Assembly (NCBI GenBank): GCA_964605665.1
Contig: CAZSDP010000001.1
Coordinates: 203,166-267,165, forward strand
Direction of reading: 5' to 3'
DNA: 64,000 bases
DNA from: an uncultured Planctomycetia bacterium
Lineage (GTDB): Bacteria; Planctomycetota; UBA8108; UBA1146
The first letter of the stretch is position 1, and the number at the start of each line of letters is the position of its first letter. The translations under genes and the position numbers were made by a program. Below the pieces are notes generated by a model. That model made no database searches. It worked only from the letters and a program-made list of their open reading frames with translations, and was not told where the DNA came from. Of this stretch, positions 21,943-32,126 are shown in pieces.

Positions 21943-22346
21943 TCTGCCACAGCAGCCGGGTCGAGTAGACCCTCGCTTGCTTCCCCGTGGCACTTCGATT
22001 CCAGTGAAACTGAATTCAATTCCAATGAGTTTGGTTGCCTTTTCGAGGCCTCTTGAGCATAGCCTTTCGACGAAAGGCCGTATCGGATCTCTCCGACTCT
22101 TGCAGGCCGTTCTTGTTCGGGGCTTTCTTTTTCGGGGGATTTCTTTTCAGGTCACCCGAACTCAAAGAAACCGAGTTCAATTCACTGGAATAGGCTCACC
22201 AGCTCATACGAGGCTTGACCGTCTTAGCTCGAGCAATCCAGAGCCCGCAATGGAGTGTATCCGTCAGCCAGGATTTGGAGTTCCTGCGCATGATCGGAAT
22301 GGGGTGTGTGCCTTTTGACGCCTCTCCGCTCGATGAATTGCTCGAT

Positions 22347-22440
22347 CGCAGTGGCGAACTCAGAAAACTGAGAACTCAGAAAACTGAGAATTCAGAGAAC
22401 TGAGAATTCAATGCACGTGACTTTCAGTGCACGAGACTCT
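22347..22440 (+). repeat. Six degenerate tandem 16-nt repeats (aactcagaaaactgag ×2, then variants) in the rho leader
   Basis: Direct reading: two perfect copies, then four decaying copies sharing a 'tcag' core. No spacers, so not CRISPR. Confidence 0.7.
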
Positions 22441-22888
22441 CAGTGAAACGATGCGCGGGTTAAAGTAGGGAAATCCGCAAGTCTTTAGAGACTGTTCTTT
22501 AAAGGCCGTCGAATCGTCTTCGTTTCGAGTTCCTCGAAACGCTCTCATGTCGGCGCTGACTTTCCAGCTGATCTCCAGTCCGGGTGCTTCGCATCGCCTT
22601 CTTTTGCCCCTTCGCCTTGTCGGAGCTTGAGCAAAATTCGGTGGTCGCTGTTAACCAAGATCGAGACGTTGGATTCAACTGATTCAATCCTCACTCATCA
22701 TGACGGTCGTACTGAAGTCCGTCGATTGAGGTTCACGCTCCAGATTTTCACATCTGTGTGAATTCACCTGGATCGTCATACCTCGCAACTCATCTGACCA
22801 ATGTGAGTCAGGCTTCACACCTCCGTTTCCCTGCAACGCGCGTTGAATTCGCGAGTGAAACGGTGACATATCAAGGAGAGATTCGAAC

Positions 22889-24478
22889 TTGAACTCCCAG
22901 AACCGAGACGATTCATCCAGTCAACGCCCTTCGGGCTCGCGTAGCCGCAGAGGTGGAAGAACCGGTGGATCCCGAAAGAGTGGCACAGGAGAGAGCCGCG
23001 CCGATGGTCGTAGTGATCGGCGCGCAGGTTCATCACGACGTTCGCAGCCACGCGCTTCCAGTTCAGAGCGAGGCGAGGAGCGCCGCACGCGAGGCTCGAA
23101 CCGACGCTCCGATGGACGGCATTCCGAGCATCGCCAGGGCCAAAATGGAGATTCCCGACGATCGCGTCGCACCACTGATGGTCGTCACCGCTCTACTGGT
23201 GATTCCCGCCGTGGAGAGAGCGAGGGCCGATCTGGACGCCCTTCCCGCTCTCATTCAGGCCGTGGGGGGAGAAACGACCAACGCCGACGGCAAAAGCCTC
23301 GCAACGATCATAGGAATTCCGACTTTGCGGTCGATGAGTCATATCCGACCGGGCCTGGCGACCGATCCAAGCGAGAGTTGGTTCGCGGGATCCTGGAAAT
23401 CGGAAACCAAGGTTTTGGCTTCCTTCGAAATCCACAAAAGAGCTTCCGCATTCAACCGATGGACGTCCATGTCGGAAAGCACCTCGTCACCCGATACCGC
23501 CTACGCTCTGGGCACTACATCGTCGGAGCCACCGGTGGACATCGAGCGCCGAAAGGACGCGGGCCTTCGCTTCACGAGATCCACACTGTTGATGGGGATC
23601 CACCATCCGCGGTACCAAAGCGTCCATTCTATAAGGATCTCACCAGTATCGATCCAACTGAACGGTTCCAACTCGGCACCAACGGTGACCTCTCGATGCG
23701 CCTCGCCGACCTGATTGCTCCTGTGGGTAGAGGGCAGCGCGCACTGATCGTCGCCCCCCCCCGTACAGGCAAGACCGTTCTTCTGCAGAAAATGGCCCAA
23801 TCGATCACTTCGAGCTACCACGATGTCGCTGTCGTCACCCTCCTGGTCGATGAACGACCGGAGGAAGTCACCGACTGGAAGCGAAACGTTCGCGCGGAAG
23901 TTTATGCGTCCAGCTCCGACGAAAATTCAAAAAGCCATGTTCGCGTTGCCGAGATGGTCTTGAACCGCTGCCATCGACTGCTCGAGTCTGGTTGCGACGT
24001 CGTCCTGCTCCTTGATTCACTGACACGCCTAGGTCGCGCTTACAACTTAGAAACGGCACACAGTGGGCGCACTCTCTCCGGAGGCGTCGACGCCAAGACT
24101 CTTGAGAAACCGAAAGCAATCTTTGGCGCTGCGAGAAATGTTGAAGGTGGCGGAAGTTTGACAATCATCGCGACTGCGTTGATTGAGACTGGTAGCCGAA
24201 TGGACGAAGTGATCTTCGAAGAATTCAAGGGTACCGGAAATATGGAGCTCGTTCTCTCCAGAAAACTCGCTGATCACCGCGTCTTCCCCGCGATCGACGT
24301 CACACTGTCAGGAACGCGTAAAGAAGAGAAGTTGTATACCACGGAGGAGATCGACCAGATTTGGAAATTGCGTCGAGTACTGACGAATGTGAACCCCATC
24401 GAGGGTATGGAACTACTCAGCGAACGCGTCGGGGCTTTCGAAGACAACCAGAACTTCTTGCTATCGCTCAAAGCCTAG
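22889..24478 (+). CDS. rho: Transcription termination factor Rho with a ~150-aa R/S/G/D-rich disordered N-terminal extension
   Basis: OB-fold RNA-binding region ('[14 protein letters not shown]'), Walker A 'PPRTGKT', Q/R loops, and '[14 protein letters not shown]…SGGVD…[52 protein letters not shown]'. N-terminus '[15 protein letters not shown]…[11 protein letters not shown]…'. Confidence 0.9.
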   Translation: MNSQNRDDSSSQRPSGSRSRRGGRTGGSRKSGTGESRADGRSDRRAGSSRRSQPRASSSERGEERRTRGSNRRSDGRHSEHRQGQNGDSRRSRRTTDGRHRSTGDSRRGESEGRSGRPSRSHSGRGGRNDQRRRQKPRNDHRNSDFAVDESYPTGPGDRSKRELVRGILEIGNQGFGFLRNPQKSFRIQPMDVHVGKHLVTRYRLRSGHYIVGATGGHRAPKGRGPSLHEIHTVDGDPPSAVPKRPFYKDLTSIDPTERFQLGTNGDLSMRLADLIAPVGRGQRALIVAPPRTGKTVLLQKMAQSITSSYHDVAVVTLLVDERPEEVTDWKRNVRAEVYASSSDENSKSHVRVAEMVLNRCHRLLESGCDVVLLLDSLTRLGRAYNLETAHSGRTLSGGVDAKTLEKPKAIFGAARNVEGGGSLTIIATALIETGSRMDEVIFEEFKGTGNMELVLSRKLADHRVFPAIDVTLSGTRKEEKLYTTEEIDQIWKLRRVLTNVNPIEGMELLSERVGAFEDNQNFLLSLKA

Positions 24479-24513
24479 GCAATACACCCCAAATCCCCAC
24501 CGCTGCAAGGAAA

Positions 24514-25317
24514 TCACTTCTTCGGTAAGAGCTCAGTGGCGACGTCGGCGATCGTGACCCGGTACCAGCCAACCCGTTTTTTCTTCCCGCCGTGATAATC
24601 GGTTCCACCACTCTCGAGCAGGCGATGTTCTGCCGCGAATTCCTTCGCCACCACTCGTCTTTCACCCCGCATTACCGGAGATCTCGTCTCCATTCCTTGC
24701 AGGCCTTCTCTTAAGAGCCTCAGTCCAAACTTACGGACGTGCTCACTCTCCGGATGGGCCCAACATGAAATCCCACCACTTCGTCGAATCGTATCGATGA
24801 CTTCCGCTGTGCTCACCTCAGTTGGACGAAAACGGCTTCGATTCATAAAACCGCCATATAGCCGCTCAGGATTGCGCGGCCAGCCAATTCGCACCAAACA
24901 ACGTGCAACGTGACTGCGACAAGGAACAGCCTCACCAACCTCTGCTTCATAGTCTTTCCAATGCAGCGGTATCCCATCATTACGCAATGCAACAACCCCC
25001 GCCCGCATCCGAGTCCTTCGATCGGACTCCCGCTCCCCCACCCAATTCTGAAACTCCTCAGGAAATCCGGAGGGAAAGTAACCGAGTATATGGATCTCTC
25101 GGTCACCACTGAGCTTCGCGCTGATCTCGACCCCGGGTAGCAGTCGCGGGCCCGACTCCTGCGGGAGATCGTGATAGGCACCAACGGTGTCGTGGTCGCA
25201 GATCGAAAGCACCGCAACGGGTGCCTTCAAGAGTTCCGTTGGCGAGTCCTGACCGTCAGAGAAATGGCTATGAACATGGAGGTCGATTCGACTTGTCGGA
25301 AGAAGCCTCTCCGTCAT
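24514..25317 (-). CDS. PHP-domain metal-dependent phosphoesterase
   Basis: 'IDLHVHSHFSDGQ' PHP motif, with further His/Asp metal ligands downstream. Confidence 0.7.
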   Translation of the reverse strand: MTERLLPTSRIDLHVHSHFSDGQDSPTELLKAPVAVLSICDHDTVGAYHDLPQESGPRLLPGVEISAKLSGDREIHILGYFPSGFPEEFQNWVGERESDRRTRMRAGVVALRNDGIPLHWKDYEAEVGEAVPCRSHVARCLVRIGWPRNPERLYGGFMNRSRFRPTEVSTAEVIDTIRRSGGISCWAHPESEHVRKFGLRLLREGLQGMETRSPVMRGERRVVAKEFAAEHRLLESGGTDYHGGKKKRVGWYRVTIADVATELLPKK

Positions 25318-26801
25318 TCTGAGAGGGCTTTCGCCACCAAGGCCTTTCCTCTTACGATCCGCTCAATTGAGCGCTCCCGACCGAGGACATCCAGCACTTC
25401 ATAGATTCCTGGGGAGTCTTTCCGACCGGTCAAGGCGATGCGAAGAGGCATGAAGAGTTGCGGTTTCTTGATGGGTAACTCACGAAGGACTCCTTCGAGC
25501 GCCCCCTCAATCGTTGCCAAATCCCAGTTCGCCAATCCACTAAGGGCCTCAATCGTCGCCTCCAGAGTAGGGATCACGTCGGGAAGCGCACTCTTAGGAG
25601 GCGTCATATCGATTCCGCTGTACTCGTCTGGCTCGCCAAAGAACCACCGAGTCTTCTCCGCAACATCCGGCAATCGGTGCAATCTCTCTTGGACCACCGG
25701 AATGATCTGCTTCAGCCCTTCTTCATCGCAATTGTCAGGCAGCATCTTTTCACTCGTCAGTCGCCGAAAGAGTTCATCGGCTGGAAGTCTTCGCAAATGC
25801 TGACCGTTGATCCAGTCCAATTTTTCGAGGTCGAAAATCGGTGCTCCCAAAGAGATCTTCTCCAGGCGAAATTCCTCTTCGAAGTGCTTCATATCAAACA
25901 CCTCTTCTCCGGTCGGACTCGCCCAACCCATCAATGCCAAGAAATTCAAGAGAGCTTCAGGCAAGTAGCCTTCCGATCGGAACCAATCGAGAGAAACCGG
26001 GTTCTTTCGTTTGGAAATTTTCGACTTGTCAGCATTGCGCAAGAGCGGAACGTGAAAGAAACGGGGAAGCGGCGCCTCAAAGCCTCGATAGAGGAGTACG
26101 TGCTTGGGAGTTGAGACCAACCACTCTTCGGCTCGAACAACCTCAGTGATGCCAAAATCGATGTCGTCCACCACATTCGCCAAGTGGTAGGTCGGAAAAC
26201 CGTCGGACTTAAGAAGCACCTGGTCATCGATTTCCGAGTTTTGAATCTCGACTTTACCTCGAAGTTCATCTCGAAACACCGTCGTGCCACGACTCGGTAC
26301 ACGTAATCGAATGACATGTGTCTCGCCAGCTTGCGCTCGCTCTGCAGCAACACTCGGATCTAAATCTCGACAGTGGCCGTCATAGCCGAGGCGCTCTTTA
26401 TTCCTATTTTGCTCTTCTCGCAACGCCGCAATTCGCTCCGGGGTGCAGAAACAGCGATAGGCAGCACCTTTTTGAATCAGTTCATCGAGACGGCCCAAGT
26501 ACACCTCGAGCCTCTCCGACTGTCGGTAAGGGGCGTGCGGACCTCCGATGTCTGGACCTTCATCCCAAGACAAACCGAGCCAATCGAGCGCCTTGAAGAT
26601 CTGATTCTCCGCGGTCTCTTGGTAGCGACTGCGGTCAGTATCGTCGATCCTGAGGATGAACTTCCCATCATTTGCTCTTGCCCAACTACGATTGAACAAC
26701 GCCACATATGCAGTGCCGACATGTGGATCTCCCGTTGGACTCGGCGCAATTCGAACTCTTGGTTTGTTCAATGAGGCTCTCCGTCGGTCTATTCGTTTCA
26801 T
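25314..26801 (-). CDS. gltX: Glutamate–tRNA ligase
   Basis: HIGH motif 'PSPTGDPHVGTA', KMSKS-type 'KISKRK', class I catalytic core and anticodon-binding C-terminus. Confidence 0.9.
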   Translation of the reverse strand: MKRIDRRRASLNKPRVRIAPSPTGDPHVGTAYVALFNRSWARANDGKFILRIDDTDRSRYQETAENQIFKALDWLGLSWDEGPDIGGPHAPYRQSERLEVYLGRLDELIQKGAAYRCFCTPERIAALREEQNRNKERLGYDGHCRDLDPSVAAERAQAGETHVIRLRVPSRGTTVFRDELRGKVEIQNSEIDDQVLLKSDGFPTYHLANVVDDIDFGITEVVRAEEWLVSTPKHVLLYRGFEAPLPRFFHVPLLRNADKSKISKRKNPVSLDWFRSEGYLPEALLNFLALMGWASPTGEEVFDMKHFEEEFRLEKISLGAPIFDLEKLDWINGQHLRRLPADELFRRLTSEKMLPDNCDEEGLKQIIPVVQERLHRLPDVAEKTRWFFGEPDEYSGIDMTPPKSALPDVIPTLEATIEALSGLANWDLATIEGALEGVLRELPIKKPQLFMPLRIALTGRKDSPGIYEVLDVLGRERSIERIVRGKALVAKALSE

Positions 26802-27434
26802 TTACGGTTCGTCAGAAATACGAGCAGCACCTTGTTCAAGATCTAGAAGGCTTTTGACCCAACGACCGATCTGATCCATCTCCAAATTGACACGATCGCC
26901 CACCTGACGATCTGAGAGATTCGTGATTTCTAGAGTGTGTGGAATCAAAGCCACTGTAAATCTTGGTGGATCAATCTTGGCGACTGTCAAACTGACGCCA
27001 TCCAGCGTGATCGACCCCTTATGAATCACCTGAACCGGGACTTCCGCCGGAATCTCGACGGTCAGCAAAGTGTCATTGCTTCCATGAGAAACCTCCGTCA
27101 CTCGACCGGTCCCGTCGACGTGCCCCGTCACATAGTGGCCACCAAGGCGGTCGCCGACCCTCAGGGCGCGCTCCATATTCAAGGCGTCGCCTGGGTTACG
27201 TTCAGAGAGATTTGTACAACGCAGGGTCTCGTCCAACACGTCAAAACTGAGCGATCCTCCTGAGGTCTCCACCAAAGTGAGGCAGCAACCATCGACCGCG
27301 ATACTCTCTCCTAAAGCCAAATTCGCCCACATCTCCAGATCATTTTGCGGCAGCTGCAAAGTCAGCCGTCTTCCACTCGGAATCTCCTGAAGTCTCTCCA
27401 GTCTGCCGGTACAGTTCACGATTCCGGTGAACAT
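26802..27434 (-). CDS. ribE: Riboflavin synthase (alpha chain)
   Basis: Internal Met start 'MFTGIVNCTG' is preceded by GGAGGAG. Duplicated lumazine-binding halves ('GHVDGTG'). Confidence 0.85.
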   Translation of the reverse strand: MFTGIVNCTGRLERLQEIPSGRRLTLQLPQNDLEMWANLALGESIAVDGCCLTLVETSGGSLSFDVLDETLRCTNLSERNPGDALNMERALRVGDRLGGHYVTGHVDGTGRVTEVSHGSNDTLLTVEIPAEVPVQVIHKGSITLDGVSLTVAKIDPPRFTVALIPHTLEITNLSDRQVGDRVNLEMDQIGRWVKSLLDLEQGAARISDEP

Positions 27435-28077
27435 GTGACTCTCCTCCCCAACCATCCCCGATCTCCCCAAAATCGGGCTAAAGCCCCTACATCGCCGATA
27501 TTTAGTCGAACTGCAGCAAAAATCTTCCTCGAAGCTCTCTCCGACTAGGGGCTAGTCAGAACGGCTGAGGATCGTACCATCGAGAGTAGAAGCCGCCAAA
27601 AGAACCAGATTCGGTCACTTCTCCAGTCTCGACGTGCCTGACGATCGTCGCGACCAAATTTCAGAGAAGACCACCAATCTGGGAGTATTGACCAACTTGG
27701 GGGCAGCGTTATAATTCCAAGATCCACGGGCACCTGTTCCCATCGGAACATGGAGGTTCGGGATGATGGTTCTAGTCGAAGACGGGGAGTTACCCCTCCC
27801 GGGGTAAATTGTCTTCAATGGGTCGAACCGTCTCCTGATTCGCCCCCCCAATCTGGCGAAGGTTAGATTCTTACGCCGATCGCGATTTTGCACTCCTCGT
27901 TGGAGCGAATGATCGTCCGGCGGCACCGACATTGTCTACTGTTGGTGCGGAGGGGCCTGTGGTTCGATCTTGTGAAGCAAGTGGAGCAGGTTTCGATCTG
28001 CCAGAGTTCCGTGAAGGTTCTCCACGTCGGACGCGTGGCAGGCCCTTCCGAGATTCCCTGAGGGGAGGACGATTCTC

Positions 28078-28923
28078 ATGAGTGGGCTCGCAAAAGCCTT
28101 CGTGGTGATCAACCTGATCCTAGCGCTCTTCTTTTTGGGCGCTGTGTCGACGCTTTTCCAAACACAAAAGAACTGGCGTCAAGTCGCTGAAGAAGGTCTT
28201 GAGGACTTCAAAGCAACTTCCGCGGATCTTCAGGCCGAGATCGAACGCCGCGACGGAACGATCGATTCGCTGGAAAGCTCAAATAAGAACATTTCATCGC
28301 AGAACAAGGTCCTCATGTCGGACAAGCAGAAGTTGCTGGATGACAATGGCGATCTGAAGACCCAGCTCGCAAATTCCGAGAGCCGTGTCGATGACCTCAA
28401 CAACCAGCTCTCTATTCGCGATCAGCGGCTTCAAGACAAAGACAACGCTCTTGCCGCCAAAGAAGATCGGATTGCTGATCTGATCGGACAGGCATCAGAA
28501 GCGGATGAGGCGAGAAAGAAAGCGGTCAAGCTGGCCCAGAGATCTCTGCTCGACCAGCAGGAATTGGCCAAGCTCGCCGAAGACACCAACATCGAACTCG
28601 CGGAAGCACGCGCTGAGCTGGAAGATGCTCAACTCGTGATCTCTGGCTATGAAGCCTCTGGTGTCGGTTCGGTCATGGTCGCGCAGCCGAAGATTGACGG
28701 AGTCGTGATGGCGGTCAACAACGGAATCGTTGTTCTTTCCGTCGGTCGCGACGACAACGTCAAAGCCGGTTACGAATTCACCATTTACGAAGGCGATACC
28801 TTTATCGGCAAAGTAAAGGTGGAAAACGTCGTTGGCGACATGGCAGGCGCACGTGTTCTCTTCACCGAGAGTGGCCAAACGATCCGTGCTGGCAACAAAG
28901 CCTCCACGCGCTTGGGCGCCTAA
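28078..28923 (+). CDS. Membrane-anchored coiled-coil protein with a C-terminal β-rich domain (hypothetical)
   Basis: N-terminal TM 'AFVVINLILALFFLGAV', ~170 aa of heptad-like charged repeats, and a C-terminal 'VKAGYEFTIYEGDTFIGKVKVENVV' β-domain. It lies upstream of the mre cluster. Confidence 0.45.
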   Translation: MSGLAKAFVVINLILALFFLGAVSTLFQTQKNWRQVAEEGLEDFKATSADLQAEIERRDGTIDSLESSNKNISSQNKVLMSDKQKLLDDNGDLKTQLANSESRVDDLNNQLSIRDQRLQDKDNALAAKEDRIADLIGQASEADEARKKAVKLAQRSLLDQQELAKLAEDTNIELAEARAELEDAQLVISGYEASGVGSVMVAQPKIDGVVMAVNNGIVVLSVGRDDNVKAGYEFTIYEGDTFIGKVKVENVVGDMAGARVLFTESGQTIRAGNKASTRLGA

Positions 28924-28941
28924 TTCGGGAGGAGATGGCAC

Positions 28942-29169
28942 ATGTTTGATCAGCCAATCGTTGAGCGGAAGAGTTCGAGTCCACTTGCGACGAGTCTCCT
29001 CGTGCTTTCTGCGGTTTGCCTGCTCACCGCTTCTGTGTTTGTCGGAGCCCAAATCAAGGGCTTGACTGTCACCGGGTCGACCCCCACCGACAGCTCTCAA
29101 ACGCTGGAGAGTCAGCAGAAAAAAGCAATTCGCGATGCACGTTCGGTCATCACAAGCGAGGACGGCTAA
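28942..29169 (+). CDS. Small secreted/membrane protein (hypothetical)
   Basis: A GGAGGAG SD lies 7 nt upstream. Hydrophobic 'LLVLSAVCLLTASVFVGA' segment. Followed by a terminator. Confidence 0.35.
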   Translation: MFDQPIVERKSSSPLATSLLVLSAVCLLTASVFVGAQIKGLTVTGSTPTDSSQTLESQQKKAIRDARSVITSEDG

Positions 29170-29196
29170 ACGACTCTGACTTTAATTCGATAAAAC

Positions 29197-29240
29197 GACG
29201 CGCTCCCAACCATTTCAAGGTTGGGAGCGCGTTTCTATTG
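29197..29240 (+). terminator. Intrinsic terminator (13-bp perfect stem, 7-nt loop, T-rich tail)
   Basis: acgcgctcccaacc-atttcaa-ggttgggagcgcgt-ttctatt. Confidence 0.55.
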
Positions 29241-29702
29241 GGGGAAATCTCTCGACTCTCCCAACAGGTATGAATTGACAAAAATCGGGCGGGTCCCCCC
29301 TCCGCATCATCTCCACCCCAATGGCCCCACAGAAGCGTCTTCCACTCCGCTGCCCCCGCTACATCCCAGAAATGCTCGGGAAGCGACCGACTCGCGATGA
29401 GAATCTGGCAATCTATGCGACTGCCACTCTTCCTTGAAAGACTGCCGAAGCGTAGAATGTCCCTCTGCGGGAACGTCTCGCTCGCTGGGGAATACCGTCC
29501 TGTTCTCTTGCCAGTCCTGCTCGACCTCGCTGAGCCGCCCTTTGGCTGAGACCCCGCACTCGTACTCGTGAATTTGTAGAGTGCTACCAATCAACCTGGG
29601 TTCTCGAGTCATACGCCACGCAGCTCCGGGAGAGTCGCCAGTTTCGCGCTTCTGGGTGAAGTGGGAATCAACGATCGCTTCTACAGGTGGGGGAACCGAA
29701 CT

Positions 29703-30776
29703 ATGGTCCTACAGTTGATCAATAATTCGTTGAATCGACTCCTTGGGGTTTTTTCGACCGACATGGGTATCGACCTCGGAACAGCGAACACTCTGGTCTG
29801 TATTCGCGGCGAGGGAGTTGTGATTTCTGAGCCTTCGGTCGTGGCAGTCAAGGCAGGAACCAACCAAGTTCTACTTGGCGGTAAAGCGGTTGGCAGAGTC
29901 GCTAAAGAAATGATCGGCCGAACACCTGGTTCGATCGACTCGGTACGCCCTCTCAAAGATGGTGTGATCGCTGACTTTGAAGTGACCGAGGCCCTCCTCA
30001 AGTACTTCATTACTAAGGTGCATAAGCGAAAGAGATTCTTCAGTCCTCGCGTGGTGATCGCCGTTCCAAGTGGGATCACCGCAGTGGAAAAGCGTGCAGT
30101 CTACAATTCCGCTGAACGGGCCGGCGCTCGCAAGGTCTACCTCGTCGAAGAACCGCGCGCCGCAGGACTCGGTTCTGGCCTTGAGATTGAAGAGCCTATC
30201 GCAAGCATGGTGGTAGACATCGGAGGTGGCACGACTGAAATCGCCGTCATCTCTCTCGCTGATGTTGTCACATCTGTTTCCTTGCGAGTTGCTGGTGATG
30301 ATATGGATGAGGCGATCATCCAATACATGAAGAAGACCTATAACATTTTGCTCGGAGTTCTCACTGCAGAGCAAATCAAGATCGACATAGGCTCGGCCCA
30401 TCCTCTCGAGCAGGAACTTGAGCTCGAGGTGAAAGGGAGAGACCTTATCGTTGGCCTCCCCCGCTCGGTCCGAATCACTTCTGAAGAAATTCGTGAAGCA
30501 CTCGCCGAACCCGTAACAGCAATCATTGAAGGCATCAAAGAAACGCTCGAGAAAACCGATCCTGAACTCTCAGCGGACCTCGTTGAACGCGGACTGGTAT
30601 TGTGCGGAGGCGGAGTTCTGCTCCGTGGCCTAGACGAGCTGATCGCACGCGAAACCGGCCTCCCGGTGCGCATTGCCGAGGATCCATTAACGTGCGTCGC
30701 TCGAGGAACAGCCATCTTCCTCGAAAAGCTCGATCAATACTCGACCGTGCTGGATTCAATCGAGGACGACTTTTAG
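29703..30776 (+). CDS. mreB: Rod shape-determining actin homologue MreB
   Basis: 'GIDLGTANTLV', 'VIAVPSGITAVEKRAV', 'YLVEEPRAAGLG', 'VVDIGGGTTEIAVIS'. Confidence 0.9.
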   Translation: MVLQLINNSLNRLLGVFSTDMGIDLGTANTLVCIRGEGVVISEPSVVAVKAGTNQVLLGGKAVGRVAKEMIGRTPGSIDSVRPLKDGVIADFEVTEALLKYFITKVHKRKRFFSPRVVIAVPSGITAVEKRAVYNSAERAGARKVYLVEEPRAAGLGSGLEIEEPIASMVVDIGGGTTEIAVISLADVVTSVSLRVAGDDMDEAIIQYMKKTYNILLGVLTAEQIKIDIGSAHPLEQELELEVKGRDLIVGLPRSVRITSEEIREALAEPVTAIIEGIKETLEKTDPELSADLVERGLVLCGGGVLLRGLDELIARETGLPVRIAEDPLTCVARGTAIFLEKLDQYSTVLDSIEDDF

Positions 30777-30835
30777 TCCACGATGCAGTGGATTCACGAA
30801 CCACCATCGCCTGAGACTCATCGAGGACGATACAA

Positions 30836-31534
30836 ATGAAGCCTCGTCAGCGTGCGCAGTGGGCAGTGTTGGCGTGGTTGTTGATTATTCTTGTGGGCAC
30901 TGGCGCCCGCCTGATCAATTTCAGATCGGACGACGCCCAGCGAGACGAACAAGCGTGGGAGCTACTTCAAGAACACTTCAGTGACTCTTCTCGCCGCGCG
31001 GCCCAAAGCCAACTCGAGGAGCTGATCACAGTCTATGATCAAGGCCTCGATGGTTTTATCCCGATACCCGCCCGACTCTTCCCCACAAGTGACCTCTCAC
31101 CCCAAAGACAGTCTGGATTACTCAATCGCGGTCGAGAACACGGAATCAAAGTCGGTCAGGGAGTGATCGGTAGAAGGGGCGTTGTTGGGGCGATTGCTGA
31201 GGTTTCAAGGACGAGCAGTCGGATCATATTTTCCGACGATCCCGATTTCCGAGTGAGCTTCTCGATCCGAGCAAAGGGGCGCGGAGTTGCTGCTGGGGGC
31301 CCACGGAGGGGGCAGCTTCATCCGATACTACGCCTCGAATCACTTCAGTTTCAGGTAGGCGATCTACTTGTCACCAGTGGGACAGATGGGGTCTTTCCCC
31401 GCAGCCTTGTCGTTGGAACCGTCCGAACCGCGAGCTTACCGATAGAGTCGTGCAAGATATCACCTCCCCCAGACATCCATGAGCCACAAGAAGTTCTAGT
31501 ACTTGCTCTCCCCACCCTCCAGGAGGATAGATGA
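30836..31534 (+). CDS. mreC: Rod shape-determining protein MreC
   Basis: N-terminal TM, coiled coil, then β-domains ('GQGVIGRRGVVGAIAEV'). It sits between mreB and mreD. Confidence 0.75.
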   Translation: MKPRQRAQWAVLAWLLIILVGTGARLINFRSDDAQRDEQAWELLQEHFSDSSRRAAQSQLEELITVYDQGLDGFIPIPARLFPTSDLSPQRQSGLLNRGREHGIKVGQGVIGRRGVVGAIAEVSRTSSRIIFSDDPDFRVSFSIRAKGRGVAAGGPRRGQLHPILRLESLQFQVGDLLVTSGTDGVFPRSLVVGTVRTASLPIESCKISPPPDIHEPQEVLVLALPTLQEDR

Positions 31535-32022
31535 GGTCGATCCGCCCCTTCTATTGCATACTGGTACTCACCCTTGGGATGGCGATGCAATGGTCGCTGG
31601 CACCACTTCTTGTTGGTGGCCCCTGCACCGTGGACTTCACCCTACTGATCCTCATTTGGTTTGCTCTGATCGACCGCGTGGAACGGGTGACCTTGCTTTT
31701 GCTCGTGGTCATCGTCTTGCGAACCATCTACGGCGTCGCGACCCCGGTCGAAGCGGCACTACCCCTAATTTCTGGCCTGATTTGGACCAGATTTGCTCGA
31801 AGATTTGTCGATTCGCGGGACGACATACGCCGAATAGTGATCAGCTTGGGGGCGATCCTCATCGCAGGCCTACTGAACAGTATCTTGCTGAGCGAGTATT
31901 GGATCCAGGACATCGACCAGATGGTGGCTGGCGTCATCTACAGCTTGATCGCTGGGATCATGTTGTTCCCTATATTGGACGAGTTGATTCCCCTCTTGCG
32001 AAGCCCCCGATTTCCGATGTGA
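31531..32022 (+). CDS. mreD: Rod shape-determining protein MreD (polytopic membrane protein)
   Basis: 163 aa with 4–5 TM helices. Overlaps the mreC stop. Called from its position in the operon. Confidence 0.55.
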   Translation: MRSIRPFYCILVLTLGMAMQWSLAPLLVGGPCTVDFTLLILIWFALIDRVERVTLLLLVVIVLRTIYGVATPVEAALPLISGLIWTRFARRFVDSRDDIRRIVISLGAILIAGLLNSILLSEYWIQDIDQMVAGVIYSLIAGIMLFPILDELIPLLRSPRFPM

Positions 32023-32126
32023 CGTACTCCAGAGGGTTTTCTTTGACTATTCCCCTCTCACTATTCTCCAAGGTTCACCCCTGCGGTAACATTTCTCCAC
32101 CAAGTCACTGAGAGGATGCTATCGAG

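Noticed and set aside
21985-22005. TGGCAC-N5-TTCCA σ54-like word in the rho leader
   Set aside because: The invariant −12 GC dinucleotide is CC here. Only the −24 half matches.
22347-22440. Possible CRISPR array (regular short direct repeats)
   Set aside because: The repeats are contiguous 16-mers without spacers, degenerate after two copies, and no cas genes are nearby. I classified them as a tandem repeat in the rho leader.
22953-23714. 253-aa ORF in an alternative frame overlapping rho
   Set aside because: It overlaps the Rho coding frame, which carries unmistakable Rho motifs. Its composition is Ala/Arg/Ser-rich and low-complexity.
27700-27800. FMN-riboswitch-like words ('gggggcag…attcc…ggatgatgg') in the region divergent from ribE
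   Set aside because: Only ~50% identity to the conserved RFN core on inspection. The element would be on the plus strand, whereas ribE is transcribed on the minus strand away from it. No flavin-related gene lies downstream on the plus strand.
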